Positions 28,216-36,489 of a stretch of 64,000 nt of DNA are shown here, one piece after another. The stretch comes from a virus: IMG/VR virus record IMGVR_UViG_3300045988_091501, positions 46,226 through 110,225 of that record, one strand, 5' to 3'. Numbering within the stretch: position 1 is the stretch's first letter; each line of letters begins with the position of its first letter. The position numbers and the translations under genes are program-made. Under the pieces are notes generated by a model. It was not told the DNA's origin. It searched no databases and worked only from the letters and a program-made list of their open reading frames with translations.

Positions 28216-28602
28216 TTACTCCTTTACAATATACTTACTCAACATATCAATTTCTTCTTGTAATTCTTTAATGTGAGATTCAATTTCTTCCCATTCATCT
28301 GTTTCAAAATTATAATAAAAACTTGCTGGGAAATTACCATTATAATCAATATTATTTGTTCTATTGTCATTAAATATTTTATTCAGATAGTTTAGTGCTT
28401 CCTTAGATTTACAAACCACATAAGCACTGTCTTGTGATAAACGATAATCATTATCAAGCGGAAGTAATGTTCCATAGTCATTATATGCAAACAAGTCTTT
28501 ACCATACTTATCTTGTAATTCTTTGCTTTCATATCTTTCACATTCATTTTCATACTCAAATTCTTTACCATCAAATGCAATATAAATTGTCTTCTCTGTC
28601 AT
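28216..28602 (-). CDS. hypothetical protein
   Basis: 128-aa ORF. Confidence 0.65.
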   Translation of the reverse strand: MTEKTIYIAFDGKEFEYENECERYESKELQDKYGKDLFAYNDYGTLLPLDNDYRLSQDSAYVVCKSKEALNYLNKIFNDNRTNNIDYNGNFPASFYYNFETDEWEEIESHIKELQEEIDMLSKYIVKE

Positions 28603-28606
28603 ATTA

Positions 28607-28771
28607 TTACCCCTTTCTAATATGCCGAATTATTTTATCTAATAAATTAAGTTGCGCGAATAGCTCTTGCCTATATGTTCCCTCTGCTCTGTCGTAACTA
28701 CCAATTCCATATAAATGAGCATCAATATCATCTTTTTGCTCATAAAGCCAAATTAGTAAATCTTTATCCAT
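28607..28771 (-). CDS. 54-aa hypothetical protein, absent from the ORF track
   Basis: AAGGAGG RBS. Translation verified codon by codon (MDKDLLIWLYEQKDD...). Confidence 0.55.
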   Translation of the reverse strand: MDKDLLIWLYEQKDDIDAHLYGIGSYDRAEGTYRQELFAQLNLLDKIIRHIRKG

Positions 28772-28785
28772 ATTATTTTTCCTCC

Positions 28786-29187
28786 TTAAATAATTCCAAT
28801 CGTTTCGTCTTCATAATTACATTTCTTTGCTTTTTCAAACATATCTAAATATTTTTCATCAAATTCAAATGTATCTTTTTTAATATTTGCAATTAATGTC
28901 AAGCATCTATTATACATTTCTGTTGTAAAATCTTTGCAATTTATATTATTTCTATTCCTATTAAAAATATAATAAATTAAATTAGGAGTTCTCTTAATTG
29001 CTTCTGATACCAAAGGCTCTAAAAATAAATGTAAAACAAAATCTTTGGTCAATTCTACTTGTGACTCACCGTAAGTATAATATTTATCATAATATGCTTG
29101 CATAGCTGAAAGTTTGTCTTTATATAATTCTTTGTTGTACCAACCTTTGCAAATTAGCATAATATCAATTAAAGTATTATCTGTCAT
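28786..29187 (-). CDS. hypothetical protein
   Basis: 133-aa ORF. Confidence 0.65.
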   Translation of the reverse strand: MTDNTLIDIMLICKGWYNKELYKDKLSAMQAYYDKYYTYGESQVELTKDFVLHLFLEPLVSEAIKRTPNLIYYIFNRNRNNINCKDFTTEMYNRCLTLIANIKKDTFEFDEKYLDMFEKAKKCNYEDETIGII

Positions 29188-29348
29188 TCAATCACCTCCA
29201 CTTCTAAGTTTTCACATCTCAATCTACTAGCAATTTGTTTACTAAATATTTGATATTGATAAGGATGACGCAGAGCTATACATTCTTCTGCTAATCGTTC
29301 ACACGCTTCTTTTAATAATTCTACATCATCTGTTAAAATCTTAATCAT
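29184..29348 (-). CDS. 54-aa hypothetical protein, absent from the ORF track
   Basis: AGGAGG lies 7 nt upstream. TAATG and ATGA overlaps with both neighbours. Confidence 0.55.
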   Translation of the reverse strand: MIKILTDDVELLKEACERLAEECIALRHPYQYQIFSKQIASRLRCENLEVEVIE

Positions 29349-29524
29349 TATCGTACCTCCTGTAACTTTTCATATAATTCTTCATACATTTCATTATTGA
29401 AATAAACCACTCTACTAGCAAGCATCTTAATAATTTCTTTAGCCTCGTCTAATGTTTGAATATCATCTATTGCTTTTGGGTCATGTTTCATAATACGTTT
29501 GTATAAACTATAAATATTGTTCAT
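29348..29524 (-). CDS. 58-aa hypothetical protein, absent from the ORF track
   Basis: MNNIYSLYKRIMKHDPKAIDD..., verified codon by codon. The RBS is weak. Confidence 0.45.
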   Translation of the reverse strand: MNNIYSLYKRIMKHDPKAIDDIQTLDEAKEIIKMLASRVVYFNNEMYEELYEKLQEVR

Positions 29525-29527
29525 AAT

Positions 29528-29710
29528 TTAACCCTTCCATTCACAGTGTAATACATTTTTATGGAAATTCATTGCACATTCTTTGCACAATAAAATTTTG
29601 GTTGAATGGTCAAGATATTCACCTTCCCATCTAACTGTATATTCTTTTGCCTCATTAAAATCTGTAATTTCTTTTCCACATTTGTCACAATGATATTTAG
29701 TTACTGTCAT
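29528..29710 (-). CDS. zinc-ribbon protein
   Basis: Start MTVTKYHCDKCGK after GGAAAGGAG. A second CKEC pair is present. Confidence 0.6.
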   Translation of the reverse strand: MTVTKYHCDKCGKEITDFNEAKEYTVRWEGEYLDHSTKILLCKECAMNFHKNVLHCEWKG

Positions 29711-29715
29711 AATAA

Positions 29716-29765
29716 AAATCTCCTTTCCATTTGATACTTGTATTATATCATAGGAAAGGAGATTT
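29716..29765 (-). terminator. 13-bp perfect SD/anti-SD hairpin with the -10 box in its loop
   Basis: 29716-29728 is the reverse complement of 29753-29765. The 3' arm GGAAAGGAGAUUU is followed by UUAUUAUG. Confidence 0.55.
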
Positions 29766-29770
29766 GTCAA
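29742..29770 (-). promoter_or_regulatory. consensus sigma-A promoter
   Basis: TTGACA-17-TGATATAAT, 3 nt after the polymerase stop. Confidence 0.75.
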
Positions 29771-29773
29771 GAG

Positions 29774-32700
29774 TTAATCTATACTTTTTAATATTGTATA
29801 ATCTCTTAAAATTTCTTCTTGTTCTTCACTTTCAACCCACTTGTCATTATTGTCTTTAACACGTTTATTTTGTGTTCTAAAAGCAGTTTTAATTATGTCC
29901 CCACTCTTACATGGGTGGTCTTCATAATTACGTTTATTTGCCTTAATAAAGGTGTTCTCACCATCATTAACGTGATATAAAGTAACAAATGGAGTGTTGT
30001 ATTGATTTAACTCTACTTCTGATACAATGTAAATATTATCATCTGTTGATTTATCAATCAATTCTGTATAACCACTAAGTCCTAATTGATAAGCCATTGT
30101 TTCAAGTAATGTAATAGGTTTATACATATACTTTGTAGAAACAAAATCAACAATTCCTTGATAATTATTTAGAATATATTCCATTAAAGAAACATTATCA
30201 ATTTCTTTGAACATTTTTTCTGTTTCTTTACCACAAAATTGTTTAATTTCATGTATATTTAATCCAAAGTTTATACATTCATCTTTCTTTAATTGTTTAC
30301 ATTCTCTTAATCTTTTCATAATAGAATCAACATCATTATAAATATTCCATTGATTTATTACATAATTCACATCCCCATATTCTGCAAAATAATCTAACTT
30401 AAATAAAATATCAATACTCTTTTTATTCAAATCACTTTGTAATAAATCTTTAAAAATAAAGAACAACCCATCATATTCATTTTTATGTTGACTCATATTG
30501 TATAAGATTTGTGGTGCTACCTTTTGCATATTCTTTATACTTGCCATAGTTTGATTGATACAATTGTTTTCTCTATCAATGGAAAATTGTCTATTGTCAT
30601 CACCAAATGCAATAGGTTTTAATTTGATGCCACGTTTAAGCATTTCTTTCTTTAATGCAGTTACCTTATCTTTGTCACCTTTGTTAGTATATCTTTGTAA
30701 TGTTACTTTATAAAATTCTAATGGATAATAAGCCTTTTGCCAAGCAAGTGTAACACTATCAATAGCCATACAATAAGCATGAGCAGAATTGAAACCATAA
30801 GAAGCACTATCCTCAATTACTTGCCATACTTTTTCAGCCATTTTCATAGCATTATCTTTGTCTGTTGTTTCTTTTGTGTTAAGTATAGCTTGTGCAAAAT
30901 TAGGAATAAACTTTTCTTTTGCTTGTGTAATCACATAATGTTTCTTTTTACTAATAGCTTTAATGATTGTATATGTTTCACTCATAGGAAATCCCGCAAA
31001 TCCTAATACTTTCATTAAATGCTCTTGATATAAAATAAATGAGCTTGAACAATATTGGTCTTGAATAAGGTCATCAAAAGCCTTTATTCCATAATCAAAA
31101 TGTTTGCGTTGTTCAAATGTTTTATACATTGATTGAAATGATGGTCTAATACCAGCTACAAATTGTGTCAACTCTGAAATGTTCTTTGGTTTAAATCTCA
31201 TAACTTTTTCAGTAGATTTTTGTTGCTCACATTGATTCACACACATTGTATAACCATTAGCATAAATATCCCAAGTCTTACTATCATTGTCAATCTTAGC
31301 AAGCAATTCGTTTACAGATAATGGTTCAATTCCTATCTCTTTATAAATATCATAGGTCAATCCAATAGAATCTACAATGAGGTAGTCCTGCTTCAACATG
31401 CCGAAAGCATCAATAGTGCCACTTTCAATAACCGCAACGAAAGTTTCTTTAGCTTTATCTCCTTGTGATTCAGATTTTACCATGATAACCCCGACTTCTT
31501 CTACAACATCAAAGTCTGCGCAAATTGTGCCGCAAGGATGTGCTTTCAAATTATCTACAATTCCCATGTATTGTTGACAACCATCAATTAAATATCCATA
31601 TTTTTCTTTATCAACATAATCATAAATATCAATAAATTCTTTTTCATCATCATCTGCGTGTTTTAAAGCATTTTCATATTTACTAATTTGCTTTGTTACA
31701 GTATTGGCTAATTGTGGATCAAGATTATATGCTCTTGAATACATTTTAAATGCAGATTTATAATGCAATGTACCTAAAGCCAATAGGTCAAATGTTCCTT
31801 CTTCCCCAATTATATCTTTTTGCGCTTGTATAAATGGTTCTCTTGATGATACATTGTGGTCAATGTCTGGCGGTGTGTGAGAATCTAATACTCTTTCTTT
31901 TGTTAAAAATCTTTCAGAATACATAAGCACTGGTGAATTAACTTTATCTACTTTTGTAAATCTAAATAATTTATTCAAATAACAAGATACGCCACTACCT
32001 CTACCACTAGGAGTCAATATCCCACCATATTCATCAATTCCACGTTTCATTATTTCATAAGTATCAATGAAATAATCAGCCATGTTACATCCTTCAATTT
32101 CGGCTATATCATGCTTAATTTCTTTAATATATTCATCATACTTATCTTTGTTAATATCATTAGATTGCCTTTCCCATTCATATCTAAGGATATTCTCAAA
32201 AACTTCATTTCTTTGTTCTTGTGTTAAATCACGATATTTTTTAGCCACAGGAACTTTTAATGACCTATCCAATATAATATCATCAAATGTAAGTATAATA
32301 TTAGTATTCTCTATTGCTTCTGTAATTTCTTCATCACTTAAAATTCCTTGTTCTTTAAATCTATTAAAGAATGTTTCATAACTTGGTAAATCCATATACC
32401 AACCTTGTTCATCTTCATAACTAATCTTATTAGATTTTAACAAGTCGTCTCTATCTGCCATTTGTGATTCAGTAATAACATGACTGTCAGTTCCAGCTAT
32501 AATTGGAATGTTATATTTATAATGCAATTCCATAATATGAGCATTTATTTCTTTTTGTGCTTGTGTATTATGAGGTTGCACTTCAAGATAAAAATCTGTG
32601 AAATGATTAAATAATTTAAGAACAATTTCATCAATTTTTGAATAGTCAACTACATTAGCATTATCACCAAATGGCAAATCTCTATCATCTATTGTATATT

Positions 32701-33190
32701 TATTCCAAAAGGCAATACAAGCCGATGTAACGAATACATCATCTTTTGGCAATGACAAAAGAATATCTAAATCCATTCTATTCTTATAATAATACCCAGT
32801 TTTAAATGACTCATAGATTGCTCTATTTATTTTCTTACGACCATTTTCATTCTTTGCTAATAAAATAATATGACAATTACTTGAATCAGAAGAATTTCTG
32901 TCTTTTACCCAATATGCTTCTGTACCAAATACGAACTTGATTGGTTTATAATTAGGATTTGATTCAAGATTCTTTTTATTAAATTTTTCAAGGTCATCAT
33001 AAATCTTAAAATAATTTCCTTGCCATCCGTGTTCAACAGTTGAATAAATTGTTGGTATACCTTGGTCTGCTGATTTCTTATATTCTTTAAAATAATCCAT
33101 AGGCACAAGTGGAGAATCTTTATTATATCTATGTGATAAACTCGTATGTTTGTGATAATTACAAAATGATAAAATTTTACAATTATTCAT
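29774..33190 (-). CDS. DNA polymerase III alpha (DnaE-like) with PHP domain
   Basis: About 1138 aa. N-terminal YHKHTSLSH and GTDSH PHP motifs and size support the call. Start MNNCKIL at 33190 overlaps the HNH stop (ATGAATAA). Confidence 0.75.
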   Translation of the reverse strand: MNNCKILSFCNYHKHTSLSHRYNKDSPLVPMDYFKEYKKSADQGIPTIYSTVEHGWQGNYFKIYDDLEKFNKKNLESNPNYKPIKFVFGTEAYWVKDRNSSDSSNCHIILLAKNENGRKKINRAIYESFKTGYYYKNRMDLDILLSLPKDDVFVTSACIAFWNKYTIDDRDLPFGDNANVVDYSKIDEIVLKLFNHFTDFYLEVQPHNTQAQKEINAHIMELHYKYNIPIIAGTDSHVITESQMADRDDLLKSNKISYEDEQGWYMDLPSYETFFNRFKEQGILSDEEITEAIENTNIILTFDDIILDRSLKVPVAKKYRDLTQEQRNEVFENILRYEWERQSNDINKDKYDEYIKEIKHDIAEIEGCNMADYFIDTYEIMKRGIDEYGGILTPSGRGSGVSCYLNKLFRFTKVDKVNSPVLMYSERFLTKERVLDSHTPPDIDHNVSSREPFIQAQKDIIGEEGTFDLLALGTLHYKSAFKMYSRAYNLDPQLANTVTKQISKYENALKHADDDEKEFIDIYDYVDKEKYGYLIDGCQQYMGIVDNLKAHPCGTICADFDVVEEVGVIMVKSESQGDKAKETFVAVIESGTIDAFGMLKQDYLIVDSIGLTYDIYKEIGIEPLSVNELLAKIDNDSKTWDIYANGYTMCVNQCEQQKSTEKVMRFKPKNISELTQFVAGIRPSFQSMYKTFEQRKHFDYGIKAFDDLIQDQYCSSSFILYQEHLMKVLGFAGFPMSETYTIIKAISKKKHYVITQAKEKFIPNFAQAILNTKETTDKDNAMKMAEKVWQVIEDSASYGFNSAHAYCMAIDSVTLAWQKAYYPLEFYKVTLQRYTNKGDKDKVTALKKEMLKRGIKLKPIAFGDDNRQFSIDRENNCINQTMASIKNMQKVAPQILYNMSQHKNEYDGLFFIFKDLLQSDLNKKSIDILFKLDYFAEYGDVNYVINQWNIYNDVDSIMKRLRECKQLKKDECINFGLNIHEIKQFCGKETEKMFKEIDNVSLMEYILNNYQGIVDFVSTKYMYKPITLLETMAYQLGLSGYTELIDKSTDDNIYIVSEVELNQYNTPFVTLYHVNDGENTFIKANKRNYEDHPCKSGDIIKTAFRTQNKRVKDNNDKWVESEEQEEILRDYTILKSID

Positions 33191-33746
33191 TACTACCTTC
33201 CCTTTCCCACCAATAACCATATGCTGATTTTTGTTTTCCACTAATTACACCATTTATATTAGATGAACATATTTTATTATTTTTACAAATTTTAATTGAA
33301 TTTAAGTATTCAATTGCTTCTTTTGAAGAGTTGAATAATTTAATTTTTTTATGTGTTATTTTATCACACATCCATATTTTTTTCTTTTTTGAAATTGATA
33401 AATTTTTATTATGATTTCCATAATTATTATTATATTTTTGTGTGCCCCATTCTAAATTATAATAATTATTATTTAATTTATTTTCATCTTTATGACATAC
33501 AATTGGATAATTATTTGGATTCTCAACAAACGCTAAAGCCACTAATCTATTTATACGATATGTTCTCATATCATTATTCCCATATCTTAAAGTTATTTGT
33601 TCATATCCATATTTATTTATATGTTTTGTAAGCCATTTATTTGTATTTGTTGACCAAACATTGCCATCATTTGTTATATAAAACATTTTTGAATCATCTA
33701 TTGGTTTAATATATGTATCATCAAGTAAATTTGGTACTAATTTCAT
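33183..33746 (-). CDS. HNH homing endonuclease (NUMOD4-like)
   Basis: FYITNDGNVWS (NUMOD4-like), VCHKDENKLNNNYYNLEWGT (HNH). Sits immediately upstream of the polymerase gene. Confidence 0.75.
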   Translation of the reverse strand: MKLVPNLLDDTYIKPIDDSKMFYITNDGNVWSTNTNKWLTKHINKYGYEQITLRYGNNDMRTYRINRLVALAFVENPNNYPIVCHKDENKLNNNYYNLEWGTQKYNNNYGNHNKNLSISKKKKIWMCDKITHKKIKLFNSSKEAIEYLNSIKICKNNKICSSNINGVISGKQKSAYGYWWEREGSNE

Positions 33747-33780
33747 AACTCATCCCTTATCTCCTTTCTATATTTACTCA

Positions 33781-33809
33781 ATTATATCACAAAAGACCAC
33801 CTTTGTCAA
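33781..33809 (-). promoter_or_regulatory. consensus sigma-A promoter
   Basis: TTGACA-17-TGATATAAT. Confidence 0.75.
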
Positions 33810-33820
33810 GTGGTCTTTTT
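33791..33820 (-). terminator. terminator hairpin with the -35 hexamer in its loop
   Basis: AAAAAGACCAC-UUGACAAAG-GUGGUCUUUU on the minus-strand RNA. Confidence 0.65.
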
Positions 33821-33823
33821 AAT

Positions 33824-34753
33824 CTATTTTAATCCATTAAAAATATGTGCAATAACATCAATAGTCCAACCATTTCCAATACATTTATATCTTTGTGTAT
33901 CAGATAATCCTTCTGTATAATTGTCTGGTAGTGTTTGCGCTCGCTCACATTCAATAGGCGTTGGTTTATAATATTCACCATTTTCGTATTGAATATTAGT
34001 TGCTCCGCTATTTGAGATATTTTGTCCTGTCATTAAACATCTCATTTTTTGGTCTAAAGTTCTAATTGCTTTATGCGCCTTTTCATGTGCAAGAGTTCCT
34101 TCTTGTTTATTATTTAATCTATCTGTTATATTATATTGTTCTTTTTCTTCTGTTGGTTGAACAATATCTTTTAAAGTTAAACCTTTGTCTATTGGTTGTG
34201 ATACATTCGGGATGTTTGTCCAGTATAGTCTTTTTCTACTTTGCGCAGAAAGCAATTTGCTATCAATCATAATAGGTTCTACGCCTAATGCTTGAGTAAT
34301 AACATCTTGCCATTTTTTGCACATCTTTACATTTTCCAATAAAAAATATTTTGGTTTGCTTTCTTTTAATACTCTTACATATTCCCAAAATAAATAAGAA
34401 TATCCATCAAATTCAAATCCTTTTTCTTTCAAATCTAAATATTGTTCAAGTGATGTAATTTCTATATTGTCTTTTGTACTTGCTCCATTCATTCTTCCGG
34501 CAAACGAAAAATTTTGACAAGGACTACCCCCAATTAGCAAGTCTAAATAACCATTATATTGTGTTCCATCAACATCTCTCACATCCCCAATTTCTGTTAT
34601 ATCGTTCCAATTTTTTTGTGCTATTTTAATTGCATAATCACAAATTTCACTAGCATGATAACCATTAACTTTAATTCCAGCTCTGTCTAAAGCACATCTG
34701 CCCCCCCCAATTCCATCAAAAAGACTTAATACATTTAATCCATTTTCATTCAT
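33824..34753 (-). CDS. DNA (cytosine-5)-methyltransferase
   Basis: LFDGIGGG (motif I), GGSPCQNFS (IV), LLENV (VI), QSRKR (VIII), GNGW (X). Confidence 0.9.
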   Translation of the reverse strand: MNENGLNVLSLFDGIGGGRCALDRAGIKVNGYHASEICDYAIKIAQKNWNDITEIGDVRDVDGTQYNGYLDLLIGGSPCQNFSFAGRMNGASTKDNIEITSLEQYLDLKEKGFEFDGYSYLFWEYVRVLKESKPKYFLLENVKMCKKWQDVITQALGVEPIMIDSKLLSAQSRKRLYWTNIPNVSQPIDKGLTLKDIVQPTEEKEQYNITDRLNNKQEGTLAHEKAHKAIRTLDQKMRCLMTGQNISNSGATNIQYENGEYYKPTPIECERAQTLPDNYTEGLSDTQRYKCIGNGWTIDVIAHIFNGLK

Positions 34754-34781
34754 TTTTTATATCTCCTTTCATATTAAAATT

Positions 34782-34797
34782 ATGTTATTTGTAACAT
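34782..34797 (-). promoter_or_regulatory. operator-like palindrome ATGTTA-N4-TAACAT (leader copy)
   Basis: The 6-bp half-sites are exact. Confidence 0.45.
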
Positions 34798-34810
34798 AAT
34801 CCATCAATTT

Positions 34811-34826
34811 ATGTTAATTATAACAT
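34811..34826 (-). promoter_or_regulatory. operator-like palindrome ATGTTA-N4-TAACAT overlapping the -10 box
   Basis: Exact half-sites centred on TATAAT of the methyltransferase promoter. Confidence 0.45.
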
Positions 34827-34845
34827 AAAAAGGAGCTTTTGTCAA
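34817..34845 (-). promoter_or_regulatory. consensus sigma-A promoter
   Basis: TTGACA-17-TGTTATAAT. 64 nt from the -10 to the methyltransferase ATG. Confidence 0.75.
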
Positions 34846-34854
34846 GCCCCTTTT
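34828..34854 (-). terminator. terminator hairpin with part of the -35 hexamer in its loop
   Basis: AAAAGGGGCUU-GACAA-AAGCUCCUUUU (one mismatch). Confidence 0.55.
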
Positions 34855-34858
34855 GCAA

Positions 34859-35071
34859 TTAAATCTCTTCAATTTTAAAATAATCATCATAATCAACGTC
34901 TTCTAATTCATAATTATCAAGTACAAAATCTAAATAATCTGTATATCCTTCATTTCTTAATTTATTTAAAGCTTCTTCTTTAGATTCTGCTTCAATAATT
35001 CCTTCTCTGTGTCCATATCTTAAATGTCCTACTGCATAATTTGCGTCTTGAAATACTCTAAATTTTGCCAT
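34859..35071 (-). CDS. hypothetical protein
   Basis: 70-aa ORF. Confidence 0.6.
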   Translation of the reverse strand: MAKFRVFQDANYAVGHLRYGHREGIIEAESKEEALNKLRNEGYTDYLDFVLDNYELEDVDYDDYFKIEEI

Positions 35072-35082
35072 GTTTTATCTCC

Positions 35083-35412
35083 TTAACCTTCAATCTTTTT
35101 AAATTCAATCTTTTTAAACAATTTTTTGAAATCGTCTTTAGTATATACTCTATATTCATTTTCATATATTCCTTTATGTTCGTCTTGATACATTACAATA
35201 TAATCACCAATATTTACTTTTTCTTCGTTACAAGTAAGCGTCCCAAATTTATTATTATATCTAATAATATTGTTAGTTGTTGCACCTAAAATCCAATCTG
35301 GAATTGTTAAATAATTTTCTGATGATCGACTTGTCAATGGATGCTTTTCATCAGTGTTGTCATATTGAAATTGCCATGCCATACATACATTTTCTCTTAC
35401 ATATTTACTCAT
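35083..35412 (-). CDS. hypothetical protein
   Basis: 109-aa ORF. Confidence 0.6.
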   Translation of the reverse strand: MSKYVRENVCMAWQFQYDNTDEKHPLTSRSSENYLTIPDWILGATTNNIIRYNNKFGTLTCNEEKVNIGDYIVMYQDEHKGIYENEYRVYTKDDFKKLFKKIEFKKIEG

Positions 35413-35425
35413 AATTATCTCCTTT

Positions 35426-35650
35426 CTATGCCATATAATATCCTTGTTCTTGAATTTTATCCCATTCTGACTTATGATACCATAAAATATGGTATTCTTC
35501 TACACCCATACAATTAACTAATACTTTGATTTCCAACATAGGGTCAGTTTCAATAAAATTTGGGTCTTTTTCTTGTATATATTTTTCCCATTTTTTAGTA
35601 ACATCTACAACTGAAATTACCTTTTTAATATAATGTTCTAATAAATTCAT
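35426..35650 (-). CDS. hypothetical protein
   Basis: 74-aa ORF. Confidence 0.6.
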   Translation of the reverse strand: MNLLEHYIKKVISVVDVTKKWEKYIQEKDPNFIETDPMLEIKVLVNCMGVEEYHILWYHKSEWDKIQEQGYYMA

Positions 35651-35926
35651 TTAATCACCAACCTTAATAATATGTTTAAATTGTTTTTCATAGAAATCAA
35701 GATACAATTCTTTAGCATCACCATTATATGTTGCTTCAATAAATTGAGGATAAATAAAATTATACTTGGTATTTTTTACAATAAGCATAGCTTTGTTATT
35801 TTGAATTGTATGATTAGCCCATACAATAATTACTTTTAAGTCATCGTTTGTTTCATCATTGTCATGAAAACAATCTGCATCTTTAATTTCTTGATAACAT
35901 AAATCTAAAAATTCCATTGTGTCCAT
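35651..35926 (-). CDS. hypothetical protein
   Basis: 91-aa ORF. Confidence 0.6.
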   Translation of the reverse strand: MDTMEFLDLCYQEIKDADCFHDNDETNDDLKVIIVWANHTIQNNKAMLIVKNTKYNFIYPQFIEATYNGDAKELYLDFYEKQFKHIIKVGD

Positions 35927-35927
35927 G

Positions 35928-36437
35928 TTACATCACCATCCAATCTTCTGCTAATACATCACTAATGCTAGGAGTCCAAGGAACAACTTTACCTTGCACT
36001 GTTTTAAGTGCGATATAAGGCTCATATTCAACCAAATCTTGTTCATTGACTAATTGTTCAGCTATTTTAGTACATGGCTTATATGAGCCTTGTGGAACGT
36101 AATAAATGAATTGATTCTTTCCATTCCAACCTTGTCTTGTTAATTTAGAACCTTTTAACAGTTTGTCTAAGGCTTCATCAAATTTCATTAAACAATCATC
36201 CGTTTCTGCTATATATTGTTTAAATAATGAATTTCCTTTCCAATATATTCTACGTGATTTAGGACAAGCAACTCCTTTTCTAATGTCATCAATAGTATAA
36301 CTTTTATATATTGTTCCATCAAATAAAACATCAACAATTTTATGACCATTTGATAAAATATGTACTTCACTGTCTATTGATATAAAGTCTACACCATCTG
36401 CTCCAATTTCTTCCATTTCTTCTAAAATTGACTTCAT
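35928..36437 (-). CDS. DUF2829 / Tad2-like domain protein (candidate anti-Thoeris sponge)
   Basis: The C-terminal half FDEALDKLLKGSKLTRQGWNGKNQFIYY...EPYIALKTVQGKVVPWTPSISDVLAEDWMV matches the DUF2829 signature from memory. An extra ~80-aa N-terminal region is present. Confidence 0.6.
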   Translation of the reverse strand: MKSILEEMEEIGADGVDFISIDSEVHILSNGHKIVDVLFDGTIYKSYTIDDIRKGVACPKSRRIYWKGNSLFKQYIAETDDCLMKFDEALDKLLKGSKLTRQGWNGKNQFIYYVPQGSYKPCTKIAEQLVNEQDLVEYEPYIALKTVQGKVVPWTPSISDVLAEDWMVM

Positions 36438-36454
36438 ATTACTCTCCTTTCAAT

Positions 36455-36482
36455 AAAAGGAGTGAATATATTCACTCCTTTT
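36455..36482 (-). terminator. palindromic SD/anti-SD hairpin
   Basis: AAAAGGAGUGAAUAUAUUCACUCCUUUU, between the Sak4-like and Tad2-like genes. Confidence 0.55.
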
Positions 36483-36489
36483 CAGTTTG

